Below, piece after piece: positions 10,710 through 20,236 of a stretch of DNA of 61,900 nt. The translations under genes were made by a program, and so were the position numbers. How positions within the stretch are numbered: position 1 is the first letter of the stretch; every line of letters starts with the position of its first letter. Below the pieces are notes generated by a model that worked only from the letters and a program-made list of their open reading frames with translations, made no database searches and was not told where the DNA came from. The DNA is from a virus. Taxonomy: Duplodnaviria; Caudoviricetes. The stretch is taken from IMG/VR virus record IMGVR_UViG_3300032227_001666, positions 1 to 61,900 of that record; one strand, 5' to 3'.

Positions 10710-10749
10710 AAAAAGTGCATACACTTTTTTAAGTGTATGCACTTTTTTT
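10710..10749 (+). terminator. Intrinsic terminator
   Basis: AAAAGTGCATACACTT / AAGTGTATGCACTTTT inverted repeat followed by a T-run. Confidence 0.75.
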
Positions 10750-10768
10750 ATAAAGGTTATAAAATATT

Positions 10769-11755
10769 ATGAAACCAATTGGTCCAAATGTTAATAGTTA
10801 TGGAAAAGGATTGAATCAATGTGCAGATTTGTCTCCTCAAGAACGCTCTGAAAACACAGATCCAGCACCAGGCTTTTGTGATAGAGATCCAAAGAATCAA
10901 AATAATATAAATTCTCCAGCCGATTGGTTTGATGAGTTTCTAGTAAAGAATACTCAAAATGGCGTTGAAAATAATGCAGACCCAATGCAAACGGGTCAGA
11001 TTGTAAATGATTTAGAAACACCAAATAGAAATACTGTTTACAGATATTCAAAATCAATTCGTGGAACTGATGAAGCTGTAATGGATTTGTTTCGAAATAT
11101 TGTTGTTATAGACGAAGATGGAAAAGCACATCCTGTTCCAGTTATTTGGGCAACACAAGAAAGAGCTGTTGCAGCGGTTGTTCAACAAAATGTAAGAAAA
11201 GATGAAAGTTTGGTAGTTGATAGAATAAAGCTGCCAATGCTAGCAATAAGTAGCACTGGCTTTTCTTTTAATCAAGAAAGATATACTTATCATCAGGCTT
11301 TAAATTGGTTTAAAGACAATGAAGGAAAGCCACAATTTACTGTAAATGAAAAGTATAATCGTGATACAGTATTTGGTGTAGCAAGAGGAATTCCAATAGA
11401 TATAGAGTATACTCTGTATGCTTGGACTATGCAATTAGAAGATATGAATCAAATATTAGAACAAATTGTAACTAAATTTAGTCCTATTGCATATATAAAA
11501 GTAAGAGGAGTGACTTGGGAAATTGGTGTTAAGCTTTCTTCGATTGCAAACAATCTTGAAACTGAGCCGGGAGATCAAGCGCTTAGAGTTATAAAATTTC
11601 AATTTGGTTTGACAGCGGAAACCTATGTAGGTCAGCCGATTAGAAGAGAAAAAGCTGTGTTGTCAACAAGAGTTGAGATTGTAGATGGGGCTAAAGAAGA
11701 TGAGGTCACATCGATACTTACAAGAATTGAAGCGGCTGTGAAGGAGATAGGATGA
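10769..11755 (+). CDS. Tail terminator / sheath stabilizer (T4 gp15-like)
   Basis: VPVIWA, LPMLAIS, PIDIEYTL...EDMNQILEQI motifs; one small ORF upstream of the sheath gene. Confidence 0.75.
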   Translation: MKPIGPNVNSYGKGLNQCADLSPQERSENTDPAPGFCDRDPKNQNNINSPADWFDEFLVKNTQNGVENNADPMQTGQIVNDLETPNRNTVYRYSKSIRGTDEAVMDLFRNIVVIDEDGKAHPVPVIWATQERAVAAVVQQNVRKDESLVVDRIKLPMLAISSTGFSFNQERYTYHQALNWFKDNEGKPQFTVNEKYNRDTVFGVARGIPIDIEYTLYAWTMQLEDMNQILEQIVTKFSPIAYIKVRGVTWEIGVKLSSIANNLETEPGDQALRVIKFQFGLTAETYVGQPIRREKAVLSTRVEIVDGAKEDEVTSILTRIEAAVKEIG

Positions 11756-11988
11756 TAGAGGTAACAAATATTACGACAAGACCAGTATCAGTAACCGTGA
11801 GATCTTTAAAATCTCCTCGTCAGTTCACTATACTGCATATTCCTGCAAAGGGTGCAGGAAAAAATATTTTTTATTTAGAAGAAGAGAGAGCAACTGAATA
11901 TATACAAAGAGCAGAACAAGTTGGTTTGATAAAAACTAGACTAGTAAATACAAAATTTGGAATAGGAGAAAAACATGCCAATACTTAA
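11752..11988 (+). CDS. Small hypothetical protein (78 aa)
   Basis: ATGA overlap with the upstream gene, GGAG RBS, overlaps the sheath start. Confidence 0.7.
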   Translation: MIEVTNITTRPVSVTVRSLKSPRQFTILHIPAKGAGKNIFYLEEERATEYIQRAEQVGLIKTRLVNTKFGIGEKHANT

Positions 11989-14398
11989 GGGTTTTCCACC
12001 TTCTAACACAATTAGCCCTTCGGTTAGAATTACTGAGAAAGACTACACTTTATTAACAGCCAATCCTTCTAGTCATAACATAGGATTAGTTGGATATGCT
12101 TCCAAGGGACTTTTCAATCAGCCTATAAAGGTATCTGATTTACCAAGTTTGCAAGTAGCTTTTGGCAATCCGCATGATACCGTATCTGTTCCTTATTTAA
12201 TTTATGCTGCTCAGAATGCTCTTTTAACATCTGATGCTGTATACATTGTAAGGGTTGGTGATATAAATACATTAAGTCCAACCTGCGCCAAGAGTGCCGT
12301 TGTAGATGTGCCTTCTGCTGGTTCTCTTATTAGCACAACCGGATCAATAGCTGGTCCGTATACTTTTACAAATGATGCGTATTTTAGATGGTCATTAAAT
12401 GGAATCGAGAGCGATAAGACATTAACTGTTCCAGCAAGCGTCACACCTTATACAGCAACCACTTTGTGTGCAGCATTAAATGCCCAGCTTGACGAACAAG
12501 TTGATGGAATTAAATTCGTAGTTAGCGGTACATCTGTTGCAATTGAAACAGTTTGGGCTTATGGATTACAAGCCAGTTTAGAATTCTTAGGTATTGAAAA
12601 CGGTCTTGTTGGCGGAACCCCTTCTGCAACCCAAAACCTAATAGGGTTGGGATCAAGCATGACAGAGGCTATTATTACTGGTCAGACTGACAGATATCCT
12701 ACTGGTGGTGCGACAGCAGGAGTTTGGGATTTTAGCAGCGGAGTTGATCCTAATTTCTTTGTAAATATTGTAGTAAGCGGAACCGACGTTACAACAATAG
12801 ATGGAATTGTTCAAACGGTTAATTGTGCATCAGTTGCAAATGGAGGAGCCGGATTACAAGGCTCTTCTTTCGCAACCACAACATTGATTGTAGCCGCTTT
12901 AAATGCTTGGGCTTCAACAAATCTTCCTGGTGGTTTTGTTTTTGAAGCAGTTGCAGCAAATGGTGCTATTCGTGTTAAAACAAACATAGTTGGAAAGAAT
13001 GCTAGATTATCCGTAAGAGGAACCGATACTTGGAATAGTGTTAGCGGTCCATTCCTATTGGGACTTTATAGCGGAACAGCTTTAGCTCCAACATATCCTT
13101 ATGTTAGTGGAACATCTTTATCCGGAGCTTCTGACGATGTTGCAGCCGACACATTTGGTATTCTTACTGGACCTACTACAACATCTGACTATACATTCCA
13201 AGTGGTTGCAGACACAGCAGGTGTAGATGGAAATGACACTACAGTTACTATAACAAATTATGATGGTGGAACTTTTTCAATATCTGTTTTTGTTTCTGGT
13301 AACATGGTTGAAACTTTTGGAAATTTAACAAAAGTTTCAACATCAAGATATTATGTTGCAGATTATATAAACAGTCTTAGTAACTATATTAGAATTCTTG
13401 ACAATGATTTGGTAGGTGCTCCTCCTGCCAACAACTCTACAGGTCTTTCATTATCTGGTGGTAGTGATGGTATTCCAACAGATCCAGATGAGTATGATGA
13501 TATTTTAATTGGAAATCCTGCTTCAAAAACTGGTCTTTATGCGTTTGCAGATCCAGAAGAAACGCAAATCGATTTGATTGCAGTTCCTGGTCAATCTGCC
13601 ACAGATGTAGTATTAAAAATGATTGATCTTTGTCAAAATTATAGACAAGATTGCATGGCTATTATCGACCCTCCAAGTGACTTTGCTCCAAGTGAAATTA
13701 TTGCTTGGCAAAATGGCGGACATCCTCTTAATAAAATTAAGTTGGACACAGATTATGCCGCCTTATATTGGCCTTGGGTAAAAGTATATGATTCTTATAA
13801 CAACAAGGACGTATGGGCTCCACCAAGTGGTGCTGTTTTGGCAACTTTTGTCAGATCAGATCTTAATGGTGGACCTTGGTTGGCTCCAGCCGGTCTTACA
13901 AGAGGCGTTGTTCCTGGTATCTCTGATACCATGTATAAGCCCAATTTAGCGCAGAGAGATTCAATGTATGGCAATCAAAACGCCATTAATCCAATCATAA
14001 CATTCCCAGATTTGGGTGGTGCATTCTATATTTGGGGTCAAAAAACATTGCAAAGAAGCCCAACCGCTTTGGACAGAGTTAATGTTAGAAGAATGTTGTT
14101 CTATATCGAAAAACAAATTAAAGCTGTTGCAAAGCAACTTATTTTTGAACCAAATACAGAATCAACAAGAAATACATTTGTTCTTTTAGCTGGTTCTATT
14201 TTGGGTAATGTTAAATCTTTGCAGGGCGTTTATGATTACTTCATAAAGTGTGATTCAGAGCTTAACACACCAGATGTAATTGATAGAAACGAATTAAGAG
14301 CAAGAATTGGTGTCCAGCCAACCAGAGCTATAGAGTTTGTATTCATTGAATTCTCTCTCCATAAAACTGGATCGTTTACACAGAACACAGACTACTAA
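11975..14398 (+). CDS. Tail sheath protein (gp18-like)
   Basis: SPSVRITEKD start; YWPWV, APPSG, PWLAPAG, WGQKTLQ, LDRVNVRR, FEPN motifs. Confidence 0.95.
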   Translation: MPILKGFPPSNTISPSVRITEKDYTLLTANPSSHNIGLVGYASKGLFNQPIKVSDLPSLQVAFGNPHDTVSVPYLIYAAQNALLTSDAVYIVRVGDINTLSPTCAKSAVVDVPSAGSLISTTGSIAGPYTFTNDAYFRWSLNGIESDKTLTVPASVTPYTATTLCAALNAQLDEQVDGIKFVVSGTSVAIETVWAYGLQASLEFLGIENGLVGGTPSATQNLIGLGSSMTEAIITGQTDRYPTGGATAGVWDFSSGVDPNFFVNIVVSGTDVTTIDGIVQTVNCASVANGGAGLQGSSFATTTLIVAALNAWASTNLPGGFVFEAVAANGAIRVKTNIVGKNARLSVRGTDTWNSVSGPFLLGLYSGTALAPTYPYVSGTSLSGASDDVAADTFGILTGPTTTSDYTFQVVADTAGVDGNDTTVTITNYDGGTFSISVFVSGNMVETFGNLTKVSTSRYYVADYINSLSNYIRILDNDLVGAPPANNSTGLSLSGGSDGIPTDPDEYDDILIGNPASKTGLYAFADPEETQIDLIAVPGQSATDVVLKMIDLCQNYRQDCMAIIDPPSDFAPSEIIAWQNGGHPLNKIKLDTDYAALYWPWVKVYDSYNNKDVWAPPSGAVLATFVRSDLNGGPWLAPAGLTRGVVPGISDTMYKPNLAQRDSMYGNQNAINPIITFPDLGGAFYIWGQKTLQRSPTALDRVNVRRMLFYIEKQIKAVAKQLIFEPNTESTRNTFVLLAGSILGNVKSLQGVYDYFIKCDSELNTPDVIDRNELRARIGVQPTRAIEFVFIEFSLHKTGSFTQNTDY

Positions 14399-14418
14399 TA
14401 TTTAAGAGGAGATAAAAC

Positions 14419-15228
14419 ATGGCATATAATATGGGAATAGGGCAGCTAGGAACTTTAGCTGGACTAACACTAAAAAGAAAATTTAGATGGATTTTTGGCG
14501 TACAAGGCATTTGCATTGGCGGAAATAAGGTAGATGTTCCTGAAAGCTTTGTAAAGACTGCAAGCCGTCCTAATATTACTTTCGATGAGCAGGAAATTCA
14601 TTTCCTTCATGGAAAGATGTTTATACCCGGAAAAGCTACTTTTGAAACAGTAACTGTAACATATTATGATGTTACTCTTGACGAAGGCGGAGATCCACTA
14701 AGACCTTTATACACATGGATTTCCAATGTTTATGACTTTATGAGTCCAGCAGGTGGAATAGTAAATCCAAGAATGGGTAAAAACGCCTTTGGTCCCAATG
14801 GATATGGCGGAACAGGTGTATTAACAATGCTAGATGGTACTGGCAAAGCTTTGGAAACATGGACTATGTTTGATTGCTGGCCACAGGCTGTAAACTTTGG
14901 CGAGTTAGATTATAGCAGCGCCGAAGAAGCAACAATAGAATTAACCTTACGCTATCAGTTCGCCAAATGGCAAGGCTATTGCAACAAAGAACCAATTGAT
15001 CCATGCTTTGATACAAGTTGTGGCTCTGACATTGGCACAGCCTCGGCTGGCAAGGCTACGGTTCCTTCACGATACTCTGCCCCTTCAAGAGAGGGCGTTA
15101 CAGCCGGAACTGCCGCAGGCGCTGTTGCTGCTGGTTTGTCAGCCGCAATCGGCGGGGTCGCCGGTCTTGTTGGTGGAGTTGCTGGTCAGGTCGCTGGTAG
15201 AAACGGTAGTTCAAATCCAACCTTCTAA
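14419..15228 (+). CDS. Tail tube protein (gp19-like) with Gly/Ala-rich C-terminal extension
   Basis: KRKFRW, RPNITF, PGK, WPQAVNFGELDYS, LTLRY motifs; follows the sheath gene. Confidence 0.85.
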   Translation: MAYNMGIGQLGTLAGLTLKRKFRWIFGVQGICIGGNKVDVPESFVKTASRPNITFDEQEIHFLHGKMFIPGKATFETVTVTYYDVTLDEGGDPLRPLYTWISNVYDFMSPAGGIVNPRMGKNAFGPNGYGGTGVLTMLDGTGKALETWTMFDCWPQAVNFGELDYSSAEEATIELTLRYQFAKWQGYCNKEPIDPCFDTSCGSDIGTASAGKATVPSRYSAPSREGVTAGTAAGAVAAGLSAAIGGVAGLVGGVAGQVAGRNGSSNPTF

Positions 15229-15247
15229 TTTTTACTAAAAAGATTTA

Positions 15248-15284
15248 GAAACCCTCTATATTAAATTAATATAGAGGGTTTTTT
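15248..15284 (+). terminator. Intrinsic terminator
   Basis: AAACCCTCTATATTA / TAATATAGAGGGTTT stem followed by a T-run. Confidence 0.75.
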
Positions 15285-15307
15285 CATATATACACTACAG
15301 AGGTTTT

Positions 15308-15868
15308 ATGGCAGGAATTACAAATTATCCTATGGGACTGGCATGGAGCGCAGCAGCCTGTTGTTTAAAACGAAAATTCAGATTCCTTTTTGAGATATCT
15401 GATATAACTTCTATTTACAATGGAACACCAGATTTTGGTGATGTTACTAAAATGATGCCTCCAGAAAGATCTGCTAGACCTGGAATTAGTATAAAAGAAA
15501 TAGAAGCCACTCATTTGAATGAAACTATTTATTATCCTGGAAGAACAGAGTGGAAGCCTTTGCAAGTTACATTATTTGATGTTATGAGAACTAATCCAAT
15601 ATGGGATTGGTTAAATAATTTTTATGATACATCATCTGGTTCTTACAGAATTTCTTCAAATGGAATACATAATTTAAAAAAGGTTGCAAGAGTTTATATT
15701 TTAGATGGTCAAGGCAACGAATGTGAAAGATGGCTGTATTACGGAGCCTTTCCAACAGACATAGATTTTGGAGAGCTAGACATGACCGATACTGACATGG
15801 TTAAAGTTACATTAACTTTAAGATATGACAGGGCGGTAGCTAGCTATAGTGGAGAGCCTACTTTTTAA
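15308..15868 (+). CDS. Second tail-tube-like protein (gp19/gp54-like paralog)
   Basis: KRKFRF, YPGRTEW, FPTDIDFGELD, LTLRYD motifs parallel those of the upstream tube protein. Confidence 0.8.
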   Translation: MAGITNYPMGLAWSAAACCLKRKFRFLFEISDITSIYNGTPDFGDVTKMMPPERSARPGISIKEIEATHLNETIYYPGRTEWKPLQVTLFDVMRTNPIWDWLNNFYDTSSGSYRISSNGIHNLKKVARVYILDGQGNECERWLYYGAFPTDIDFGELDMTDTDMVKVTLTLRYDRAVASYSGEPTF

Positions 15869-16101
15869 TCTAGAAACTGATTGGCTCCAACAATATCTCT
15901 ACATTTTTTCAGAAAATCATCTAGTTCTTTGGGTTTTATTCCTAGTAATCTGCAAGCGCCTGATTTATTTAATCTGCCTTTTTTTGTATACGCTTTGTTT
16001 TCAAACATCAACAAGGCTTCAATTTGTTTTGCAAGACCATTTGTTTCAAGCTTTTTAATAAGTTCTTGTTTTTCAATTTCTTCAATAAAATTATTCTTCA
16101 T
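15865..16101 (-). CDS. Small helix-turn-helix protein
   Basis: NKSGACRLLGI resembles a Fis-like HTH; start taken as MKNNF at 16101. Confidence 0.55.
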   Translation of the reverse strand: MKNNFIEEIEKQELIKKLETNGLAKQIEALLMFENKAYTKKGRLNKSGACRLLGIKPKELDDFLKKCRDIVGANQFLD

Positions 16102-16124
16102 AATATTAATTATATACAAAAGAA

Positions 16125-16658
16125 TTATCTTTTTTTATAAAATTCCTCTGTATAGCTATTTCTTGAATTGTTTTCTTTGCCTAATACTTCGAATCCAAGT
16201 TTTATTTTTACAATATCACCATATCTTCTTTTCAATTCATGATAGTTTTTCGCAGACCTCCATAGTTGTCTAAAGTGATTTAATATACATGTAGTCATGT
16301 AATTAAATGCCTTTCCTTTTTTTGGGTCAAATTTTTCTGATCTTTCAAAGCATATCAAAACGCCTTCTTGAACTGCGTCATCATCATCAATGTGACTAAA
16401 TTTAGCATATCTAACAATATTATTACTTAAAGTATAAAAAGCCTGTGCCAAAATAGACTGGGCTTCATTATACTCTGTATTTGCTTCTTCTATTTTGTTG
16501 TTGCAAATACTTAAAGGATTTTTAATAGATTTTGCATTATCTTTTTGCCATTGAATTTCTCTTTTAAGCACTTCAAATTTCTTCTTCTTTCTTTGAGCAT
16601 TTTGGTATTTTATAATTATTAATTCAAATGATTTATTATTTAAATATTCGCTTGACAT
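16125..16658 (-). CDS. Late-transcription sigma factor (T4 gp55-like)
   Basis: YLNNK start, DAVQEG, FDPKKGKAFNYMT region-2 motifs; no region 4; AGGAG RBS. Confidence 0.8.
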   Translation of the reverse strand: MSSEYLNNKSFELIIIKYQNAQRKKKKFEVLKREIQWQKDNAKSIKNPLSICNNKIEEANTEYNEAQSILAQAFYTLSNNIVRYAKFSHIDDDDAVQEGVLICFERSEKFDPKKGKAFNYMTTCILNHFRQLWRSAKNYHELKRRYGDIVKIKLGFEVLGKENNSRNSYTEEFYKKR

Positions 16659-16727
16659 ATGCTCCTTTAAAAATTACAGAGTCTAATAATAATTAAGTAT
16701 AGCTTTTAGATTTTACAAAGAAAACAA

Positions 16728-17474
16728 ATGATAGCCTTGTATTTTGAAAACATAAAAGATATAACAAACAATTCTGATTTTGTTAGTAATAATGTTTTAA
16801 CAGAAGATTTTAATTTTTCTTCGATTGGAAATTATAAAAATGTAAATTCTATATTAAAAATAAAATCAGAAGAAAAAATATCTATTTTAAATTATGATTC
16901 AAATAAATCAAATTTAATTACAGTAACAAGTAAGGGATGGGATATAAGAGAAGAAAGAATACTTAATAAAAACAAAAATCAAAGTCTAGAAATTCAAGAT
17001 ATAAATATAATATCAAAAATAAATCCTCCGTTTTTAAGTTCAAATCACGAAAGTCTAAAAAATTCTTTTACAGATAAAAATTATATAAAATTCATAGAAG
17101 ATTGTGAAATAATAATTCAGAGTAGACAATGTTCTGTAGAAGATTATTTAATGATTTGTTATTATGCTGCAAATGTATATTATTACAAATTAAATAATTT
17201 TTATAAGAGTAAAGATTTGCTTTTGAGAGCTGTAAGTATAAAAGACACTTTTCACGAAGCATGGTGTGCTTGGGCTGATATTTTATTGGATACAAACCAA
17301 CCATACAAAGCATTGGATTCATATAAAAAAACTATAGAAAAATTTAAATCAAGAGACTATAAAAATGATTATATGCCCACAAATAAAACAAGGGGATATG
17401 AATATCCCCTTGAAAAAATATCTGTTATTAAAGATTATAATAAAAATCAAATAGTATTAGAAAAATTAACCTAA
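16728..17474 (+). CDS. Hypothetical protein with C-terminal TPR-like helices
   Basis: EAWCAWADIL...ALDSYKK TPR-like pattern. Confidence 0.55.
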   Translation: MIALYFENIKDITNNSDFVSNNVLTEDFNFSSIGNYKNVNSILKIKSEEKISILNYDSNKSNLITVTSKGWDIREERILNKNKNQSLEIQDINIISKINPPFLSSNHESLKNSFTDKNYIKFIEDCEIIIQSRQCSVEDYLMICYYAANVYYYKLNNFYKSKDLLLRAVSIKDTFHEAWCAWADILLDTNQPYKALDSYKKTIEKFKSRDYKNDYMPTNKTRGYEYPLEKISVIKDYNKNQIVLEKLT

Positions 17475-17918
17475 ATTATTAATAACAACTGTTACTTGGT
17501 CTTCATACCTAGAAAGAGTTATTTGTTTTCTTCCTTGTGCCAAAGATTTTAGTTTAGATTCAAGTTCATGAATACCACAGTTAATAACACTCCAATTGTT
17601 CAAAGCTTGGGCTTGTTGAGCTTGCTCTTGTGACCTTCTTGCTTCTTCTGCTTGAGCAGCCATTGCGGCTTGCTCTTCTTTTTGTTGATTAAGTTCTTCC
17701 TCAGTTGGGGCTGTCTTTTCTGGGAAGTATTCTGCAACTATGTTGCCAGCTTCATGCAAAATCTTTTCATATAATTTTGCATTACATCCGCAACTAGGAT
17801 TTGCTTTAATCTTCTCTAAATCTGGACCAAGGCTTTCTGGGAGCTTGGCAATAAATGCCGGATCCTTTAAAGCTGTCTTGATATCTAAAATACTAATTGT
17901 CTTTGTTGGCTTCATCAT
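17466..17918 (-). CDS. Hypothetical protein with NPSCGC motif
   Basis: Member of an overlapping minus-strand operon. Confidence 0.7.
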   Translation of the reverse strand: MMKPTKTISILDIKTALKDPAFIAKLPESLGPDLEKIKANPSCGCNAKLYEKILHEAGNIVAEYFPEKTAPTEEELNQQKEEQAAMAAQAEEARRSQEQAQQAQALNNWSVINCGIHELESKLKSLAQGRKQITLSRYEDQVTVVINNLG

Positions 17919-18126
17919 TTTTTAGTACCTCTTTTAAAACCCTTCCGCATTTAGGACATTTAAAAAAAATCTTATTTTTACCAAAATCAGTTGTCTGCTT
18001 TTTATTTGTTTCAATATCAATAAAAGGCAACTTATTCTGTAATTTTGGTCTTATATAATATTTTAGTAATTCCAAATCATTAACAGAAATTTTTTTTCCA
18101 CAATATTCACACCAGAAATTGCTCAT
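17893..18126 (-). CDS. Zinc-ribbon protein
   Basis: CEYCG...CPKCG; ATGA coupling. Confidence 0.7.
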   Translation of the reverse strand: MSNFWCEYCGKKISVNDLELLKYYIRPKLQNKLPFIDIETNKKQTTDFGKNKIFFKCPKCGRVLKEVLKNDEANKDN

Positions 18127-18452
18127 TGTCTAAGAATCGTATTTGCCTCAAGATAGGTGAGGAAATACGCCCAAAAATAAGACAGACAAGATCCAGCACA
18201 ACCACACACAAAAACATATCTCAAAGTTGTCCAATCAATTAAAAACATATTTAAATCAGAAAGTAAAAACCCACAAATAACACCAGCCCAAAATCCTGTG
18301 CATTGATAACAATCTAATGCTGATAAAAAGAATTTTGGAAGAATCTTTGCAAGAAAAGCTTTTACTGGCTTGAATATAGTTCCATCTACAACTATTTGGG
18401 TAAATCCTATGCTTCCAAAAATAAAAACTACCGTTTGAAATAAACTATTCAT
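18123..18452 (-). CDS. Small membrane protein with CxxC (DUF1360-like)
   Basis: Hydrophobic segments and LDCYQCTGFWAG motif. Confidence 0.65.
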   Translation of the reverse strand: MNSLFQTVVFIFGSIGFTQIVVDGTIFKPVKAFLAKILPKFFLSALDCYQCTGFWAGVICGFLLSDLNMFLIDWTTLRYVFVCGCAGSCLSYFWAYFLTYLEANTILRQ

Positions 18453-18800
18453 AAGTGTTTTAGGCGCAGGAAACCCCTAGCTCCGCTTCGGGCTAAGGGA
18501 GGAATGCGCCCCTCCTAGGGTTAAATTTTAAAATGACCGTTTTTGTTGCTGCAAGCCAAGAACGGACAAACTTGTATGTATTCCCCTTCGCTACTGACGA
18601 TCACAGAGGTTGCAAACTAGAGGAGCATTCGCAACATGTTTTTAGGTTACCACACCCAGACCGTTCAGTTCGGCATTTCTGCCATTAGCTAGTAAACCGT
18701 TTTAACCTTGTAGCCAAGAATGGTTAGTCCTTAGCATCCAAAGCCCCTAGTTCAATTTGAGCTTGCTACGCAAGCGACTAATTGACTAGGGGTAGTTTAC
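18453..18800 (-). mobile_element. Non-autonomous IS200/IS605-derived element: stand-alone IscB-type omegaRNA with both end hairpins and no ORF
   Basis: Minus strand starts GTAAACTACCCCTAG...CTAGGGGCTT and ends GGCGCATTCCTCCC...CTAGGGGTTTCCTGCGCC; GC-rich relative to flanks; removing it restores a W-K-stop/ATGA gene overlap. Confidence 0.85.
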
Positions 18801-18817
18801 TTCCAAAGTGTTACTCC
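18515..18817 (-). ncRNA. omegaRNA (HEARO-like) scaffold plus 5' guide from the flank (~GGAGTAACACTTTGGAA); ends approximate
   Basis: GTAAAC/GTTTAC, CCCCTAG/CTAGGGG, GGCA-GAAA-TGCC, ACTGA/TCAGT and GTTGCGAA/TTTGCAAC helices; GAATGCTCCTCTAG and CAGTAGCGAAGGGG segments match recalled HEARO motifs. Confidence 0.75.
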
Positions 18818-19168
18818 TATATTATTTCCTTTTCTATAAATAGAAAGGTCTATTAAATTAAAGTCATCTGGTAAATCTTTTTCAAGCAAATCAGTTGTTG
18901 TTTTTATATTAAAAATTGTTTTCGAAATATCTTCTGTAATAGTGACTTCATCATTTAATATTTTTGATATAATTTTCATATCATCTTTTGATAAATATCT
19001 AAGCAAATCAAATACAGCTTGTTTTCTAACAAATTTCATAGATATAAACTGATATCCAAAATTCCAATTATCAAATATATGTTTTAAATGGGGTAAAGAT
19101 TGTTTGATTTGGTTGTTTTTAAAAATAAATTCTTCTACATTTTTAAAGTTTAATATTGTAGGCATCAA
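18797..19168 (-). CDS. Hypothetical protein; its stop codon is supplied by the inserted element
   Basis: Ends TGG AAG TAA, where GTAA is the first four bases of the element. Confidence 0.7.
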   Translation of the reverse strand: MMPTILNFKNVEEFIFKNNQIKQSLPHLKHIFDNWNFGYQFISMKFVRKQAVFDLLRYLSKDDMKIISKILNDEVTITEDISKTIFNIKTTTDLLEKDLPDDFNLIDLSIYRKGNNIGVTLWK

Positions 19169-19205
19169 ACTATTATAAGAGTAGAATCTACAACGGAGAA
19201 ATAAT

Positions 19206-20219
19206 ATGAGTGATGATGTTTTTAGACCGCATGTTCCAGGCGTACAGATTTCTGGTAATATTCCTCCAGATTTGGCTTCGAAGCTTGGAAGAAATCCTAG
19301 GGTTTCTAATACTCAGGATTCAAATCCTTCTATTCCTAATGTTTCATCTGAAAGCCTAGAAGTACCTAATGGTTACGCCCCCAAAATAATGAATGCCAAT
19401 AGTGGTAATGGTGTGAATTCTGATTTTCAAAATTTGATGGATCTCTTAAGAGGTCAATCTGGTCAATTTGAAGAAGTCGTTCTTCCGTCTTTAGGAAAAT
19501 TTTATGATGGAACGGATGGTCCTTCAAATGGAGTTTTAAATATTAAGCCAATGACAGGAGAAGAAGAGCAAATTTTGGCTACTCCTAGATTTGTGAAAAA
19601 GGGACAGGCTGTAAACATGATATTCAGCCGTTGTATAAAAGAATCATTTAAACCAGAAAACTTCTTGTCTGTTGATAGAACCTTTCTTCTTATTTATTTG
19701 AGAGGAATTTCTTATGGTTCTGAATATGAAGTAGAAGTAAAGGATCCAGATTCAGACAGAAAGTTTACTACAGTTATTGATTTGGATTCTTTGCCAGTAG
19801 AAAGATGTCCGCAAGATTACGGACCCATATTGACAGAAAAGCTTCCAAAGACTGGGCTTCGTGTTACATATAGGCTTTCTAGGGGTCGTGATGAAACCGA
19901 ACTTCAAGAACATCGTGAGCGTAGGCTAAAAATAAATGGCGATACTGGTTCAGATGATACCCTTCTTTACAGAACCGCTCAACTAGTCGAATCTATAGAA
20001 ACAGTTTCTAGTAAAAATGAAATTATGGCTTTATTGCGTAATCTTCCAATTCAAGATTTATCTTATATTAGAAATTTGGTTACAGATCCTCCTTTTGGTG
20101 TCGATACAAAGGTTACAATAATATCTCCAGTTTCAAGCGAGGAATTCGAAATTGAATTGCCACTAGAGGCAAATTTTTTCTTCCCACGGAATCGGAAGAA
20201 GGACAAAACCCAAGCATAA
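19206..20219 (+). CDS. Baseplate hub / tail assembly protein (T4 gp26-like)
   Basis: LPSLGKFY, KPMTGEEEQIL, DRTFLLIYLRGISYG motifs; C-terminal NFFFP; GGAG RBS. Confidence 0.8.
   Translation: MSDDVFRPHVPGVQISGNIPPDLASKLGRNPRVSNTQDSNPSIPNVSSESLEVPNGYAPKIMNANSGNGVNSDFQNLMDLLRGQSGQFEEVVLPSLGKFYDGTDGPSNGVLNIKPMTGEEEQILATPRFVKKGQAVNMIFSRCIKESFKPENFLSVDRTFLLIYLRGISYGSEYEVEVKDPDSDRKFTTVIDLDSLPVERCPQDYGPILTEKLPKTGLRVTYRLSRGRDETELQEHRERRLKINGDTGSDDTLLYRTAQLVESIETVSSKNEIMALLRNLPIQDLSYIRNLVTDPPFGVDTKVTIISPVSSEEFEIELPLEANFFFPRNRKKDKTQA
20171..20180 (+). other. Putative -1 ribosomal frameshift slippery site
   Basis: In-frame A AAT TTT (20171-20177) overlapping T TTT TTC; the -1 frame is open to TAA at 20396-20398. 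Confidence 0.6.
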
Positions 20220-20236
20220 TATTGTGGAAGAATCTC

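Noticed and set aside
18453-18800. Residual iscB or tnpA coding sequence within the element
   Set aside because: No ORF, PLMP, HNH or RuvC remnant; the orphan SD runs straight into the terminal hairpin.
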